The position numbers and the translations under genes are program-made. The notes beneath the pieces were generated by a model. It saw only the letters and a list, made by a program, of their open reading frames with translations. It was not told the origin of the DNA and did no database searches. A stretch of DNA of 64,000 nucleotides from Octopus bimaculoides (Eukaryota), in NCBI RefSeq assembly GCF_001194135.2, contig NC_068982.1:93240689-93304688 (forward strand). Direction: 5' to 3'. The number at the start of each line of letters is the position of its first letter. The stretch's first letter is position 1. Below are positions 24,710 through 36,840 of the stretch, in pieces.

Positions 24710-25960
24710 TATCCGTACCACTAGGCTTACCTGCTCACCACTCCGATCGAAATTAGGATTTAATGATTCCCACATAATCATCCCATCCTTCTATACTTTA
24801 CTTCGTAATTAAACGTCCCCACCCTATCCATTTAATTATTTATTTATATCTATATTTATTTCCGATTAACTTTGGGCATACCGTCATATTTGATTTTATC
24901 CCTTGATTTTCAATGGGAATATGTCCTTTAACACTACGGATACTCGGATCTTAATTTTAATATTTTTTATTTTTATGTTTATTTTTATCTTTTTTATTTT
25001 TCGTATTTCTAATATTAATTTTTAATTTTAGTCTTGAATTTTAAACTTTAAGTCTTTTGTTTGCTAGTGTGACATTTATCTCCAGGACTTATAACAACCA
25101 AGCTAGCCTCGATTCTCCCTTCCCGTCTAGTAAAATCGGCTACCTATTACATAAGACGTCTATTACCTTTTTACGACTGATTTATTACCTCCACTACCCC
25201 CTTCCATTGCTACCCAACCTGTAGGTCTGACATCTGCTTTGTTCATCCCTTATCCATTTGTTTTTGCACACGCACTCCCTAACCTTTCTGGACAAGACTT
25301 TCCCTTGCTATATCGATTAGTATATATCTAGTACAAAATTTCTACCTGCCTATCTTTCTCCCACTAAAGTGTACTATACTTATTCCTCTTTTCAGTCAGT
25401 ATTTGTGCAACCTTGGAACTACTAGCATCCATTTTCTGTCGCCATGGATTACTATCAAACTCTTCTCTCTGTGCATGGATTTACCTACTGAATACCCGTT
25501 TTAATTGGATTTCTCCTCCCGTTCTAGACATAATGAACCACAATAACTATCATTGACGAGAAATATTTTTTCTACTATTGCGTACGTTTAACGTATATTT
25601 CTCGATGACGGTATACTCAGCGTATGAAATCCTCGCTTGACATGATGTTCAAATACACGGGATAGTCAAGAAACAGCTATTAGAGACTATGTAAATTTTT
25701 ATTATATAGCTAAGTTAAATGTCCTTGTCAAATCTTGCCAAACTGTTTGCCTTTTCTTTTCTACTTTAATCTTTACCTACTGGTTCAAGGGGAAGCCACT
25801 GCTAGCCGCTTTAGAAAGGCAGTCACAAAATAACATCTTCAACTGCAGATCAAACCGGATATCTTAGTGGCATACCAATTTGAGCATTCATAGTGCATAG
25901 CAATTAGTTTGAGTCATCCTGACGAAAACTCGTATATTTTACATATATATATAATTCTGT
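24707..25960 (+). mobile_element. Unclassified, probably Penelope-like 3' region
   Basis: Long pyrimidine-rich plus strand between (TA) tracts with TCGATGA..GAAACAGCTATTAGAGAC hammerhead-like remnant at 25598-25687; no ORF recognised. Confidence 0.35.
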
Positions 25961-25971
25961 AAAAAATAATA

Positions 25972-26150
25972 ATTATAAGCTTAAAGCATATAAGTAAGGC
26001 ATATAAGCTCTCGACAGTAAAAGTGGGTATTAGTACGCATGCGTGCTAACACCCACTTTTTTTCCGCCGAGGGCTTATATGCCCCAATATTAGACTATTT
26101 TCTTTAGCCAATGCGCGGTGATCGCTTACATGCCTTAAACATAAGTTTAA
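25972..26150. repeat. Small palindromic MITE-like element with 86-nt internal hairpin
   Basis: GGCATATAAGC..AAAAGTGGGTATTAGTACGC-AT-GCGTGCTAACACCCACTTTT..GCTTATATGCC (25998-26083); TAAGGCATRTAAGC motif recurs at both ends. Confidence 0.65.
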
Positions 26151-26229
26151 TTATTATTATTATTTACAGAATGCTCACTCATCACTGCTTCTTCATTTAA
26201 CGCAGAAAATGCAAATAAATATACACACA

Positions 26230-26450
26230 CACAAATATATATCATAGTAAAACATGGCAGTGGGCGACGACAAAAAAATCAAAGAAACATAGAAAAGACA
26301 GGTAAAAATACGCAATGAACGTGGACACGCTCATCCTTCATCAGTTATCGATAAAAAATCATCACAGTTTCGACGCCCTATCCATAGTATTACTCACTTT
26401 GACGACGTCAACAGTGAAAAACTACTAGGGTATAAATGAACGAACATGAA
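26230..26450 (-). mobile_element. Penelope-like pseudo-LTR fragment with two decayed hammerhead-like motifs
   Basis: Minus strand CTGTTGA-C-GTCGTC..GGCGTC-GAAACTGTGA, then CTGATGA-A-GGA TGAGCGTG TCC-ACGTT, then a pyrimidine tail similar to 19760-19820. Confidence 0.45.
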
Positions 26451-26964
26451 AAATATATACGTGTGTGTATGTGTGTGGGGTGTGTTAGAAACTGGACTGT
26501 GAAAGAAATAAGAACACAGCTTTTGATGCGCAGAAAATAGTAGATTGTATCTCCTCATGAATCGTTCCACGGTTTGTTGACTACCTCTTAACGAAGGTGT
26601 ACCCGGCTTCCTTCCCCAATCGGAATATACAACTACCATATATGACCTAATTTTTATTGCCATGAAGTAACAGGACGTTATATATAGCTAGGTTTCCGTC
26701 AGTCAGGGTTTTTAATGCTTAAATTTATTTTAGCTGTTATATTCCATGCTGTGTGGTGCATAAAATATATCAATTAATGATGAGTCAAGAGCATAAATAT
26801 GTATTGCATTGTGAATTTCGTGTCATGTCTTCAAATTCGTCTTGCTTGTAGAAGAATTAACATTGTCTTAAGTACTGCAAGCTCTGGGTAAATTTAATTA
26901 ATGATCCAGATTTTAATTCCAAGTTGCATTGTCTTAATGTCTTTAAGGAAAGTATGAGTACTTC

Positions 26965-27190
26965 GCAGTGGGGCAGGTAGAATCGCTGGAGCATCATATT
27001 CGGTGGAATTTGGATGTATTCCATTACGATCTAAGTTCAAATCTCGCCAAAATCCACAGCACTTTTTACCCTCCGGAAGTCGATAAAATAAGTACCAATT
27101 GATGTAATTACTGAGACTGATATAAATGTCTATATCCTGGAAGATGGTGCCCCAGCATGGTTACAGTCAAATAATTGAAACCAGTAAATA
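26965..27190 (+). mobile_element. Old degenerate SINE
   Basis: CTAAGTTCAAATCTCGCC..GTCGATAAAATAAGTACCA..TGCCCAGCATGGTTACAGTC..TGAAACCAGTAAA match SINE body and tail motifs. Confidence 0.55.
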
Positions 27191-28106
27191 ATAATAACAA
27201 CAACAACAAAATAAATAACAATTTCTTATTTACTCTTCCATAGTAATGAGAATAGTGGAGCAGAGATATGTTCTCGCCGAACCGAATCCTCAACACAGTT
27301 TCATTTCCCCACTTGTACCGTTTCGCTTTACGTCTTTCAATGCTCTCGGGAAAACCATAAACGTTACAACTTTCTAAACTGTTTCCATTAAAATATGAGG
27401 CTTCACACTCATGTAAGAGTTATTGTTGTGATCGTAGAAACTCTAAATGATACTTGGGAGAGAGATAGTCTTGCTACATAGTGGCAGACACTACAGTGAA
27501 TTCTGTGAGTTAAAAATAATATAACAGTTCTCATTCTTTGTCTAAAGAACAACATTCAATTTCCATTAGCTGGAGAATGATCTTTTAAAAAATGTTGGAA
27601 TTCTATACCCCACCATTCCGGTCCAGTGACACTTTGGCTCATTTTCGCAGTAAAACTTGATCGCGTATTATATCTCCAAGGAATTTGAATTAAGTTTAAC
27701 ACGTGCACACATTTTCTGTCAGCATATTAGAGGGTATTACGCTTTATTATTTTGTTTTAGTGAAGTAGAGGAAGGATATTGCATAGATAAAGGCCATATT
27801 GTTTTTATTTTAAATTGTATTATAGAGAAGAAAAAACACCAAAGAAATGGAACAGTAGAGAAAGAAGTATAATTTGAGGAAAATAGGAAGGAAACAGCCT
27901 GAATAAATGTTAAATGCACAGAAACAAAGTACTGATATAGTACTGATATGAAGAATATCAATTTCCTATCTGGCAAGCGTTGTATATCAGGTGTTAAGCT
28001 TCTTATTGAGCCATATCCGTAAGACGGTTTCGATTGTTAGTTGAAGCAGATTCACTTCACTTTCGACGCTTATGCTTTTTGAGAAAGATATAAACACTAT
28101 AATAGT

Positions 28107-28375
28107 ATCTTTATCTTTTATCTTTTACTTGTTTCAATCATTGAACTGCGGTCATGCTAGGACACCACCTTGAAGGGTTTAGGTGAACAAATTTGACCTC
28201 GAAACGTATTTTAATATCTGATACTTTTTTTATCAGTCTCTTTTGTCAACCGTTATGTTACAGGGACATAAACAAACCAACACAAGTTGTCAAATGATAG
28301 CGGGGTATAAACACAAACACAAAGCCACGCAGAAACATACATACATACATACATACATACATACATACATACAAC

Positions 28376-28422
<47 letters not shown>

Positions 28423-28985
28423 CATACATACATACATACATACATACATACACACATACATACATACACACATACATAAATACATAAAGAAGTGTAAAAG
28501 GTAAAGACCCCCTTCGATCATGAATGACCGTGGAATTGCACCTAGAAAGTGACCCTCCGAGATACAAGTCTGGGTAAGGTTGCTTATGAAATACCAGCCG
28601 TCGCTCATGCATACCAGCCTTCCCTCTCCACGACACTGATGTTATCCAAGGGAAAGGCAAAAGCCGATAGAGCTTGGCACCAGTGACGTCGCGACTCATT
28701 TCTACAGCTGAGTGAACTGAAGCAACGCGAAATAAAGCGTCTTGCTCAAGAACACATCACGCAGCTCGGTCCAGGAATCAAACTCGCTACCTCATGATTG
28801 TGAACCCGACGCTCTAACCACTGAACCATGCGTTACACACGCGCGCACACACACACACACACACGAAATATATATACGGGCATATGACGGGATACGGGAT
28901 TCCACAGTTTCCGTCTACCAAATCCACTTACAAAGCATTGGTTATCTGGGGCTACAGAAGAAGACACTTTCTCAAAGGGTTGCAC
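28107..28985 (-). mobile_element. SINE family 2 with expanded internal microsatellite and a nested SINE
   Basis: Tail ATCTTTTATCTTTTACTTG at 28107, body to about 28335, (CATA)/(GATA) tract, body resumes 28870-28985 (CAGTTTCCGTCTACCAAATCCACT). Confidence 0.75.
28495..28835 (-). mobile_element. tRNA-derived CORE-type SINE, family 3
   Basis: Reverse complement GCATGGTTCAGTGGTTAGAGCGTCGGG..GAGTTTGATTCC..TTCTTGAGCAAGACGCTTT..CACTCAGCTGTAGAAATGAG. Confidence 0.8.
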
Positions 28986-30036
28986 ATGTTTTTGTATTTA
29001 ATGAATAAATAAAAGAAACATTATTGCGATATGATAGACCAGTCTACCTAAGATTTAAACTTTGGGAATCATACATATATTGAATAGGGAATGAGAAAAG
29101 AAGAAGAAGAGTGAAATAAGGAATAACATTAGAAAAGGTGGAGGGAACCTGAAACAGAATCTCTAGTCGACTACTTAAAATGAGAAAGGACGCCAACACT
29201 ACGGCTTTACTATTCATAATATAAGGTTTCGAGACATGTATCTTTCTGTTGAGCTAAGCTCCCTGAAAGTGAGGTCTAGCATGCAATTTCTGTTCTCGTT
29301 TGAAGCCAACTCACTTCGTTCACACGGCTAAAGCTTTTGGCAAATGAACGAATATCAAAACTACAAAATTTCTAATTTTCTATAACTAAGAGCCTTTACG
29401 CGAGCAAAGTTAGAAATATGCCAAGAAACCGATATAATATTTCTATGTAACATGTTGGGAGTTGACTAAGTTTATCGAAAAACAAGCTAGCGTTTTGCAT
29501 GAATTCATACTGCGTCATTCAAAAGTATTTACATACTTGAATAAAATTGAGTTCTGGGCTCTTATGAACTGGGGATGACCTACAAAGCATCTGTTAACGG
29601 CCTATCTTCCTATCTCCAAACAAAACCATAACATAGTACTTGTAGTTTTACATCATGAAAACACAGCAAAGGGGGAAAATAATATTACATGCATTTAAAA
29701 GCAAATATACATTTTAAAATAGGGAGCATTTTAAACACCCCTACCCCTACACTCAGCAGGAAACATAAATACATTAACAACACAAACACGAACGAGAAAC
29801 ATAATTATAACAAAGATAAAAATAAAGAATAATAAACGGAAGAGAAAATAAATAATAAATGTAAAAGTAAAGCGTTTATATGTTTAATTCCCTAAAAGGG
29901 ACCACAGACGAGACTGTGACATTGAACAGAGTTACAGCTGACTGAAAAGTTCAAACCTTAAAGGATAAAACGAAGAACTTACAGTTGCAATTCAGTTCAG
30001 GACAAGTGTTTTCCAGCAGTGCAAAAACGCAATCAA

Positions 30037-30217
<181 letters not shown>

Positions 30218-30515
30218 CTTTTCTTTATTAGCCACAAAGGGCTCGAAGAGTTATTATGAAATGCCAAGAACGTTAAACGGGGCAGAGGGTTTACAAAGAC
30301 GCTTGGGGTGGGAAAGGCGACTTGTTCAAAGATGAAGGGTGAGGTGAAAGAAGTTACGCAATATATAATGAAACGAGTTAAAAATATTAAAAAAAAACAC
30401 AAAAAAAGTTACTCGGAATAAATATAAAATAAATAATAAAATATAAGGAAATACAATAACTAAAACAACGCACACACAGAGACACATATGCTTATATATG
30501 TGTATAAATACGTAT

Positions 30516-30907
30516 GAAGGCAATTATGCGGATAAACAAATAAAATATAGTAGTTTGGGTTCGATATACAATACATGAATACATAGATATTTATATTAAT
30601 AGATCAAACCTACACAGAGTACAAACGACAGAGAAAATTAAAGGGGAGAAGGTAGGTGTTATAAGTCCAACAGTTACCTCTTCTTCCAACACTTTACCTC
30701 TTTACCTTTAATTTTCTCTGTCGTTTGTACTCTGGGTAAGTTTGATATATTAATATAAATAGCAAAATATTTATACTTAAACATTCATCGTCTGAAATTC
30801 TTCAGTCTTTGCTTTCTTTTCATTTAAATGTATACATATATACATATATTTTGTATATCAAATCTAAGCTGTTATATTTAATTTGCTTATCCGCATAATT
30901 GCCTCCA
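30516..30907. repeat. Imperfect inverted repeat made of two PLE-like pseudo-LTR fragments
   Basis: 30516-30550 pairs with about 30868-30907; 30589-30643 pairs with 30706-30759; same family as 63670-63845. Confidence 0.75.
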
Positions 30908-31418
30908 TATCTGCTCACCTTGATTCCTCTTATAGATATTCTTTACTCCACGGAACTGGTCCCTTGTAAAGACATCGGGGTCTAATTTCAAATCATTTGA
31001 GTGCTACTAAGTGTTTTCTATACCCTGAATTTCTGGATCTCATCTGTTCTGTTTTTCTGGATCTCATCTTGACTAAAAACGTATGTATGTGTGTATGTAT
31101 GTACTACGCTGGTCGTCAATTCAATTTCGAGCATACAGACCCCAAATGACTACTTAGCCCTAATTTTGTTGTATTTTGTATGCACGCATATTGGAGGGTA
31201 TGTGGGTGTGTTGGGGTGTCAGTGTGTGTGTGTGTGTGTGTGTTTGTGCTTGTGTGTGTATGTGCTCGAGCCACAAATGTAGTACATATATTTTTCGTTA
31301 CGAGTCACACCAACAGCAGCTTCCTTCTTCATTCGTAGAAAATTGATTTTCAGCCCCGCACTAGACGATGACAAAAGAACAGCATCACTCCGCTGAGGCT
31401 GATGGGGTCGTGTACATT

Positions 31419-31536
31419 ACTTTCGCTCATATCACATTGGAAGCACCGACTCTCCTCCGATCACCATAGTTAAACAATGTCGAGCCTAGTCAGTATTTAC
31501 ATGGGTAACCGAATGGGAAGCCTAGATACTGTAAGT
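31419..31536 (+). pseudogene. 5S: 5S rRNA pseudogene
   Basis: 118 nt: CATATCACATTGGAAGCACCGACTCTCCTCCGATCACCATAGTTAAACAATGTCGAGCCTAGTCAGTATTTACATGGGTAACCGAATGGGAAGCCTAGATACTGTAAG is colinear with metazoan 5S, with many substitutions. Confidence 0.85.
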
Positions 31537-31545
31537 GTCAACTTT

Positions 31546-31690
31546 TGGTTGTGTGGTAAGAAGTTTTCTTCACAACCATATGGTTTCAGGTTCAACCTTG
31601 GCCAAGAGTCTTGTACTATTGTCCTGGCCTGACGAAAGCTTTGTGAGTGGATTTAGTAGACAGAAATCGAACGAGGCCTATCATACAATT
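31546..31690 (+). mobile_element. SINE family 2 head (truncated at gap)
   Basis: GGTTGTGTGGTAAGAAG..GGTTTCAGGTTCAACCTTGGCCAAGAGTC..GTGAGTGGATTTAGTAGACAGAAA. Confidence 0.7.
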
Positions 31691-31709
31691 NNNNNNNNNN
31701 TATATATGT

Positions 31710-33720
31710 ATATATACTGAAGTTAAAAAGACACCAAATTGGAAATGACCAGGCCTGGATGGAGTGCAAGATTATTGGCTGGAGAATTTTCACAGTTGCA
31801 TGAAAGGCTCGCTGCACACCTTGATGAATGCCTGTGAAAAAATTTAAAAACAAAAAACACATAGCAACACAGAACAAATCAGTAACAGTAGAATAGACCT
31901 TTTAAGAACAATGGAAATTCTATTAACAACTGAACAGTGAAGAGGAACATCAGGGAAATGATACGCCAGATGATAAAATAGCCAGGAAATTCTGGACAGA
32001 AATGTGGAGCAAGAAAGCCCAACATAATGTAAAATCAGGCTGGCTACGGTAATTTAAAAGAGAAATCTAGGTTGGATTGACGCATGAAGATGTAACAATC
32101 ACGAATTAGAAAATAAGAGACGATTAAGAAAGCAGTGAAATGGAAAACCACCACCACCATCACCACTACCCCTGGGACATATAGTATCCAGGGTTTCTGG
32201 CTCAAGAGTTTCCCTAGTATACACAGCTATATACGACCATTTTTTACTGACTGCATAGAAAATAGAACACCAGCATGGATGACAAAAGGAGTGAGACAGT
32301 GCTGATACAGAACAAGGAAGACAGAGGGTAAGTCAGCAATTATAGACCTATAATTTGCTTACCATTACGCTGGAAACTATTTACTGGTCTCATAGCAAAT
32401 GAAGTATGTAATTTTTTGAAATAGGAGGTTGTCTTGCTAGAGGAACAAAATGGATGTAGGAAGAAATCAAGGAGAACCGCTGATCTGCTATATATAGACA
32501 GAATATTAAATAAGGTACTAGTAGTGAAGAAGAATTTAGCCGTTGGATGAATAGATTACAAGAAGGCTTACGACACTGTCTCAATGGCTCTTGGGGTGTC
32601 GGAGGACGCTCGTAGTCAATGAGAAGATAAACAACCTTTGGGGGAAATCAATGAGAGTGTCAGAAGTAGAACCGACGCGTGAATATGAATCGATAGGTAA
32701 CGTGAAAATACGCAGAGGCAATTTCCAAGAAGACTCGCTAAGCCCTCTAACAAGGATACTGAGAAAATCCAGGCCTGTCGATGAGTTTGCCAAATCCAAG
32801 ATGAGGATAAATTATCTACTTTATATGGATGACCTCCTGCTGTATACAAAGAAAAAAATGAGACAGACCTAGACTCTCTGATCCAAACAGTGAGAGTATT
32901 CAATGAAGATACTGGAATGCAGTTTGAGGTAAATGAATGCGCAGTACTAATTATGAAGAGAGACCAGAAAGTAAACTCTGATAACATAAAATTACCACAA
33001 AACATCATTATATCGCTGTGGAATAATGAGGGATACAAATATCTAAAAGTGCTGCAAAGTGATATAATAATTGAAGGAGAAATGAGAGAGAGAATGCACA
33101 AAAGAATATAAGAGGAGAATTAGGGACAGTGCTCGAAAGAAAATTAAATGGAGGGAACATCCTTAAAGTCACAAATACATGGGCTATGCCTGTGTTGAGA
33201 TGCTCTGCTCTCTTTCTGAAATGGACAGAGGTTGAGCTACAGAACTTGAATAGAAGAACTAGAAAACCGCTTACAATGCACAACATGCTCCACCCTAAAA
33301 GGAATACCGATTGGCTTTACCTACCAAGAAAGGAAGGTGGGAGAGAATTACTACACGCAGAAGACATTAATACTGCGATAGAAAGAAAACTAACGACAGT
33401 CAGGGATACTCAAAAAGTGACCGAAATAGTAGAGGAATTCAAAGAGAAAAGGAAGAACAGAAGAAACAAATAGGAAGATATGGAATTACACGACCAATTC
33501 ATGCAACAACCGAGAATATTGGAAGTAAAAATTGGTGGCTCTGGTTGACGGATGGGAACTTGGAACGAGAGGCAGAAATGCTAAATATAGCCGCTCAGGA
33601 ACAAGCCCTTAGAACAAATCTGATAATGGCAAAGATCGACAAAACTTAGACAGCAAATATAGTCTGTAGGAAAGGAGACGACAATCACTTTTTGAGTAAG
33701 TGCAGTATGATAATGCCATA
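31710..33720 (+). mobile_element. Heavily degenerate R4/Dong-like LINE (RT region)
   Basis: PG.DGVQDYWL, TPAWMTKG, NYRPIICLP..WKL, IDYKKAYDTV, RRGNFQEDSLSPL, NYLLYMDDLLLY, NTWAMPVLR, WLYLPRKEGGR, IAAQEQALRTN. Confidence 0.85.
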
Positions 33721-34374
33721 ACGCTGGGCCCAGCTGAAATAGAAAAACTCTATTTTGTTAATTCTTGAAGTTACTTTTGAACCTAACTTAAAAGTAATAG
33801 TTGACTGTGTTGAGAGTGTGCTCTGTATGAAAGATTGTGAATTTTAATTGTTAATATTTCAGTCTATTTAGTCCAAACAGGTTTCATAAGGACGTTCAGT
33901 TTGCTCCAGGAATAATTCATCAAGTTCCAAACTGAAGACTTTAGATTGAACTTCAAAAAAGCCTCAAGTAACTATTTTTCAAAATAACCTTCTTCCAACC
34001 AAACCATGACGCGAAAGTATTCACTGGTGTTTCGCTGAGCCAAAAGTTTATGTCATTCATTTTCCTATACATAAAATGCATTATGAGTTCATATCACAAT
34101 AGCTTAATATGTTCTTACAAAATGTGTATCTATTTGAAAAAAGCACATAACTATATTGCATGAAAGATAATAGAATACTCTGACTGATTATCATAGTATT
34201 TTGCCTTTTCATTACTAATAGATAAAAGACGATATTTAAACATAGAATAGCGATGCGTTGAATAAATATTGTAACGTAAATCGGTCTTGACCTCCGCCAT
34301 CCAAATTATGACGACAGCGTTAATTCTAACTTCTACACTGAGAATGACATGGAAGGTTTTGGTTTGTAGAGGAG

Positions 34375-34780
34375 TTGTGGGCATCGAAGTCGCCAAGGAT
34401 AACTTTAGAGAGATAGGCGAATCTATAGTGATTCCCTAAATACAAGAGATGATCAAACAACTACTGGTTGATGGATGAGTTAGAAGAGTGATAGGGTCGA
34501 TAGATATATTTAGAGAAATGAGACAGAGAGCTTTTCAATAAAGTTAGTTGCTATTGCTGACAGAGACAAACTATAGAAAATGTAAATTAACAACAAATAT
34601 CTCATTCCAGAAGGAAGTTACATTATAAATTGGACGATAGAGGCAGAATAGTGATATAGTAGAAGAAATTTTGTGGTGAGAAAAAGCTGTTTTCTATAGC
34701 GGGAGGTATCAAGTAGTATCAAGATTAAATCGAAGTTGATAAATGTTAGTGTAAAAGAGATAATTCTCTGATCGATTCGC
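34375..34780 (-). mobile_element. Degenerate LINE apurinic endonuclease (APE) fragment, CR1/L2-like
   Basis: Minus strand YTNIYQLRFNL (TNIRGLRSN-like), IYRP..SS, VILGDFDAHN (GDFNAH motif). Confidence 0.6.
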
Positions 34781-36557
34781 TTTTGTTCTTTTCATGAGAT
34801 TTACACATGGTTTTGAAGTTGAATATTTCGGTGGTGGTGGAAAAGAGATAGCTGTGCTTCATGAGTTGCCTTTAAATATTACATCAATTCGTGTTGGTCA
34901 CAGAATAATATGTTTATGACTGTAGACCTGCTTTCTTGGCAGGGGTGCTAGTTATGCACTGGTGAAGACGAGATTATGTGTTAACTCGATGGTTCTCAAA
35001 CTGATAAATAACAGATCCACACTAAAAAGAAATTATTTGCCCCTTCTCTTTTTATTAAAGAGATGACATAATACTGTTTACGTCCAAATAATTCTTTCTT
35101 CGGTCGTTAGACAACTTTAAAAAATAAAATTTTTGTAATGATATTCACTTAAAAATAACTAAAAAACATTAAAATATTGTCTGTTTAAAGAAAGCTAAAA
35201 TATTTCTAAATGATTAAAATATTGTGTTTAACAAAACCGAAAATAGAAATATTTACTGTAAAAAATAAATCGTATTTTTTCGTTGTCAAGTCACTGTGTC
35301 TAATCGAAAGGTAAGAGTTTCTACCTTTCAGCGTTAAGTTATTTTCGGGGAATTTTCCCAGTATGCACCGTTTTGGGTATTTATACCCCGAAAACCCTTA
35401 ATATCTCAATAACCAGTTGTCCGATTTACGCGAAACTTGCTTTATTCCGTTCGTATTCACATTTCATGGGCGCTATTTTCCCATTATGTACCAGTTTGGT
35501 TGGGTAATATTGAAGCAAGCAAGCAAGCAAGATTCAAGCTCATTTTTAATGTAATAGATGAATTAGTGGGCAAAGGATTTTAGTCCAATTCATTGATTTC
35601 TTAAATTGTACTCAAATAAAACGATAAGAAAATTATATTCCAAACTGAGGGATCAAAAATATTTTAGACAGTATTATAATACAATTAAATTATATATAAA
35701 TATTTCTAATTCTAACTTTTGATCGCTTGTTTTGAAGGAAAGACACTGTCGAGTCAACCTACTCTAGTAGGCCACTGGTGCTTAGTGCATAAACTCCGGA
35801 AAGATAACAGGTAATTTGGATCTCATTAGGATAAATCTCAGCCCTGAGAATATGAAATTTGTTTGGGACCTATGACCAAAAGCATTCCGGTCGTGAGCAT
35901 CTCCTCTGTTTTTATGCACAGCGTATCAAATCTCAGAACTAAACAGTATAGTGTATACACAGTCGTCTAAACACAACACACAGTATTGTGTATCTGGACT
36001 ATGCTTCACTCATAAGACGCTAGCGTGTAATTTAAGGGAAGTTTGGTGCTTATATCTAACAATTCGAATGACTATGGACGTTAGTATTTTATATTATTTT
36101 ATAGCAGAGGCAAAGCAACGAGAAAGCTAAAATTGGTTTCAGTTCACTTTCGTTGCTATGAAAGTATAAACTATTTAGTTGTATTTTCTAATCAAAATTC
36201 AAGGCCTTGTGGCTATGTATATAAAAAAAAATTCATTATATACATGATATATCTTTTAATGCATGTACAATCCTGCAGCTGTACATAGCTATTTAGTATT
36301 TTGTGTAAAGAGTCTCTTCTTTCTCTTTCTATCTATATCCTTAAGGCAAAATAAAATGATGAAACAGTGCGTAAGTCTGTGGGTCGAATGGTCGACGTGT
36401 GAGACATGTGTAATATTAGTAACTGCCATTAAATCTGTATTCCTTTATTCCTTCATACATTCACACAAACACAGACACCTTTAGAGGTGTAATGATCCGA
36501 ACATTCCCAGCATATTTTCATTCACATCAAAGTGGCCTCTGAAATAAATGTTAAAAC

Positions 36558-36559
<2 letters not shown>

Positions 36560-36600
<41 letters not shown>

Positions 36601-36840
36601 TACACACACACACACACACACACATTACACACACACGCACACACACGTACGCTCACACAAACATACACGCGCTTACGCACACATTCATACATACACACAG
36701 ATATATGCGCGCGCTCACACACACAAAACACACTGCAAACACAACAAATACACACGCACAACACACACACACATACACGCTTCCCCCTTTCTCTCCTCTC
36801 CCTCTCTCATTCTCTTTCTCTTTCTCTCTTTCCCTTACTC
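36560..36840. repeat. (CA)n tract followed by CT-rich tract
   Basis: Direct inspection. Confidence 0.9.

Noticed and set aside
29240-29280. CTGTTGAGCTAAGCTCCCTGAAAG as a hammerhead
   Set aside because: The hairpin overlaps the core and spacing to GAAA is wrong.
35390-35460. ATATCTC..TCCGATTTACGCGAAACTT resembling DINE/Helentron-type repeats
   Set aside because: Single short motif without definable ends.
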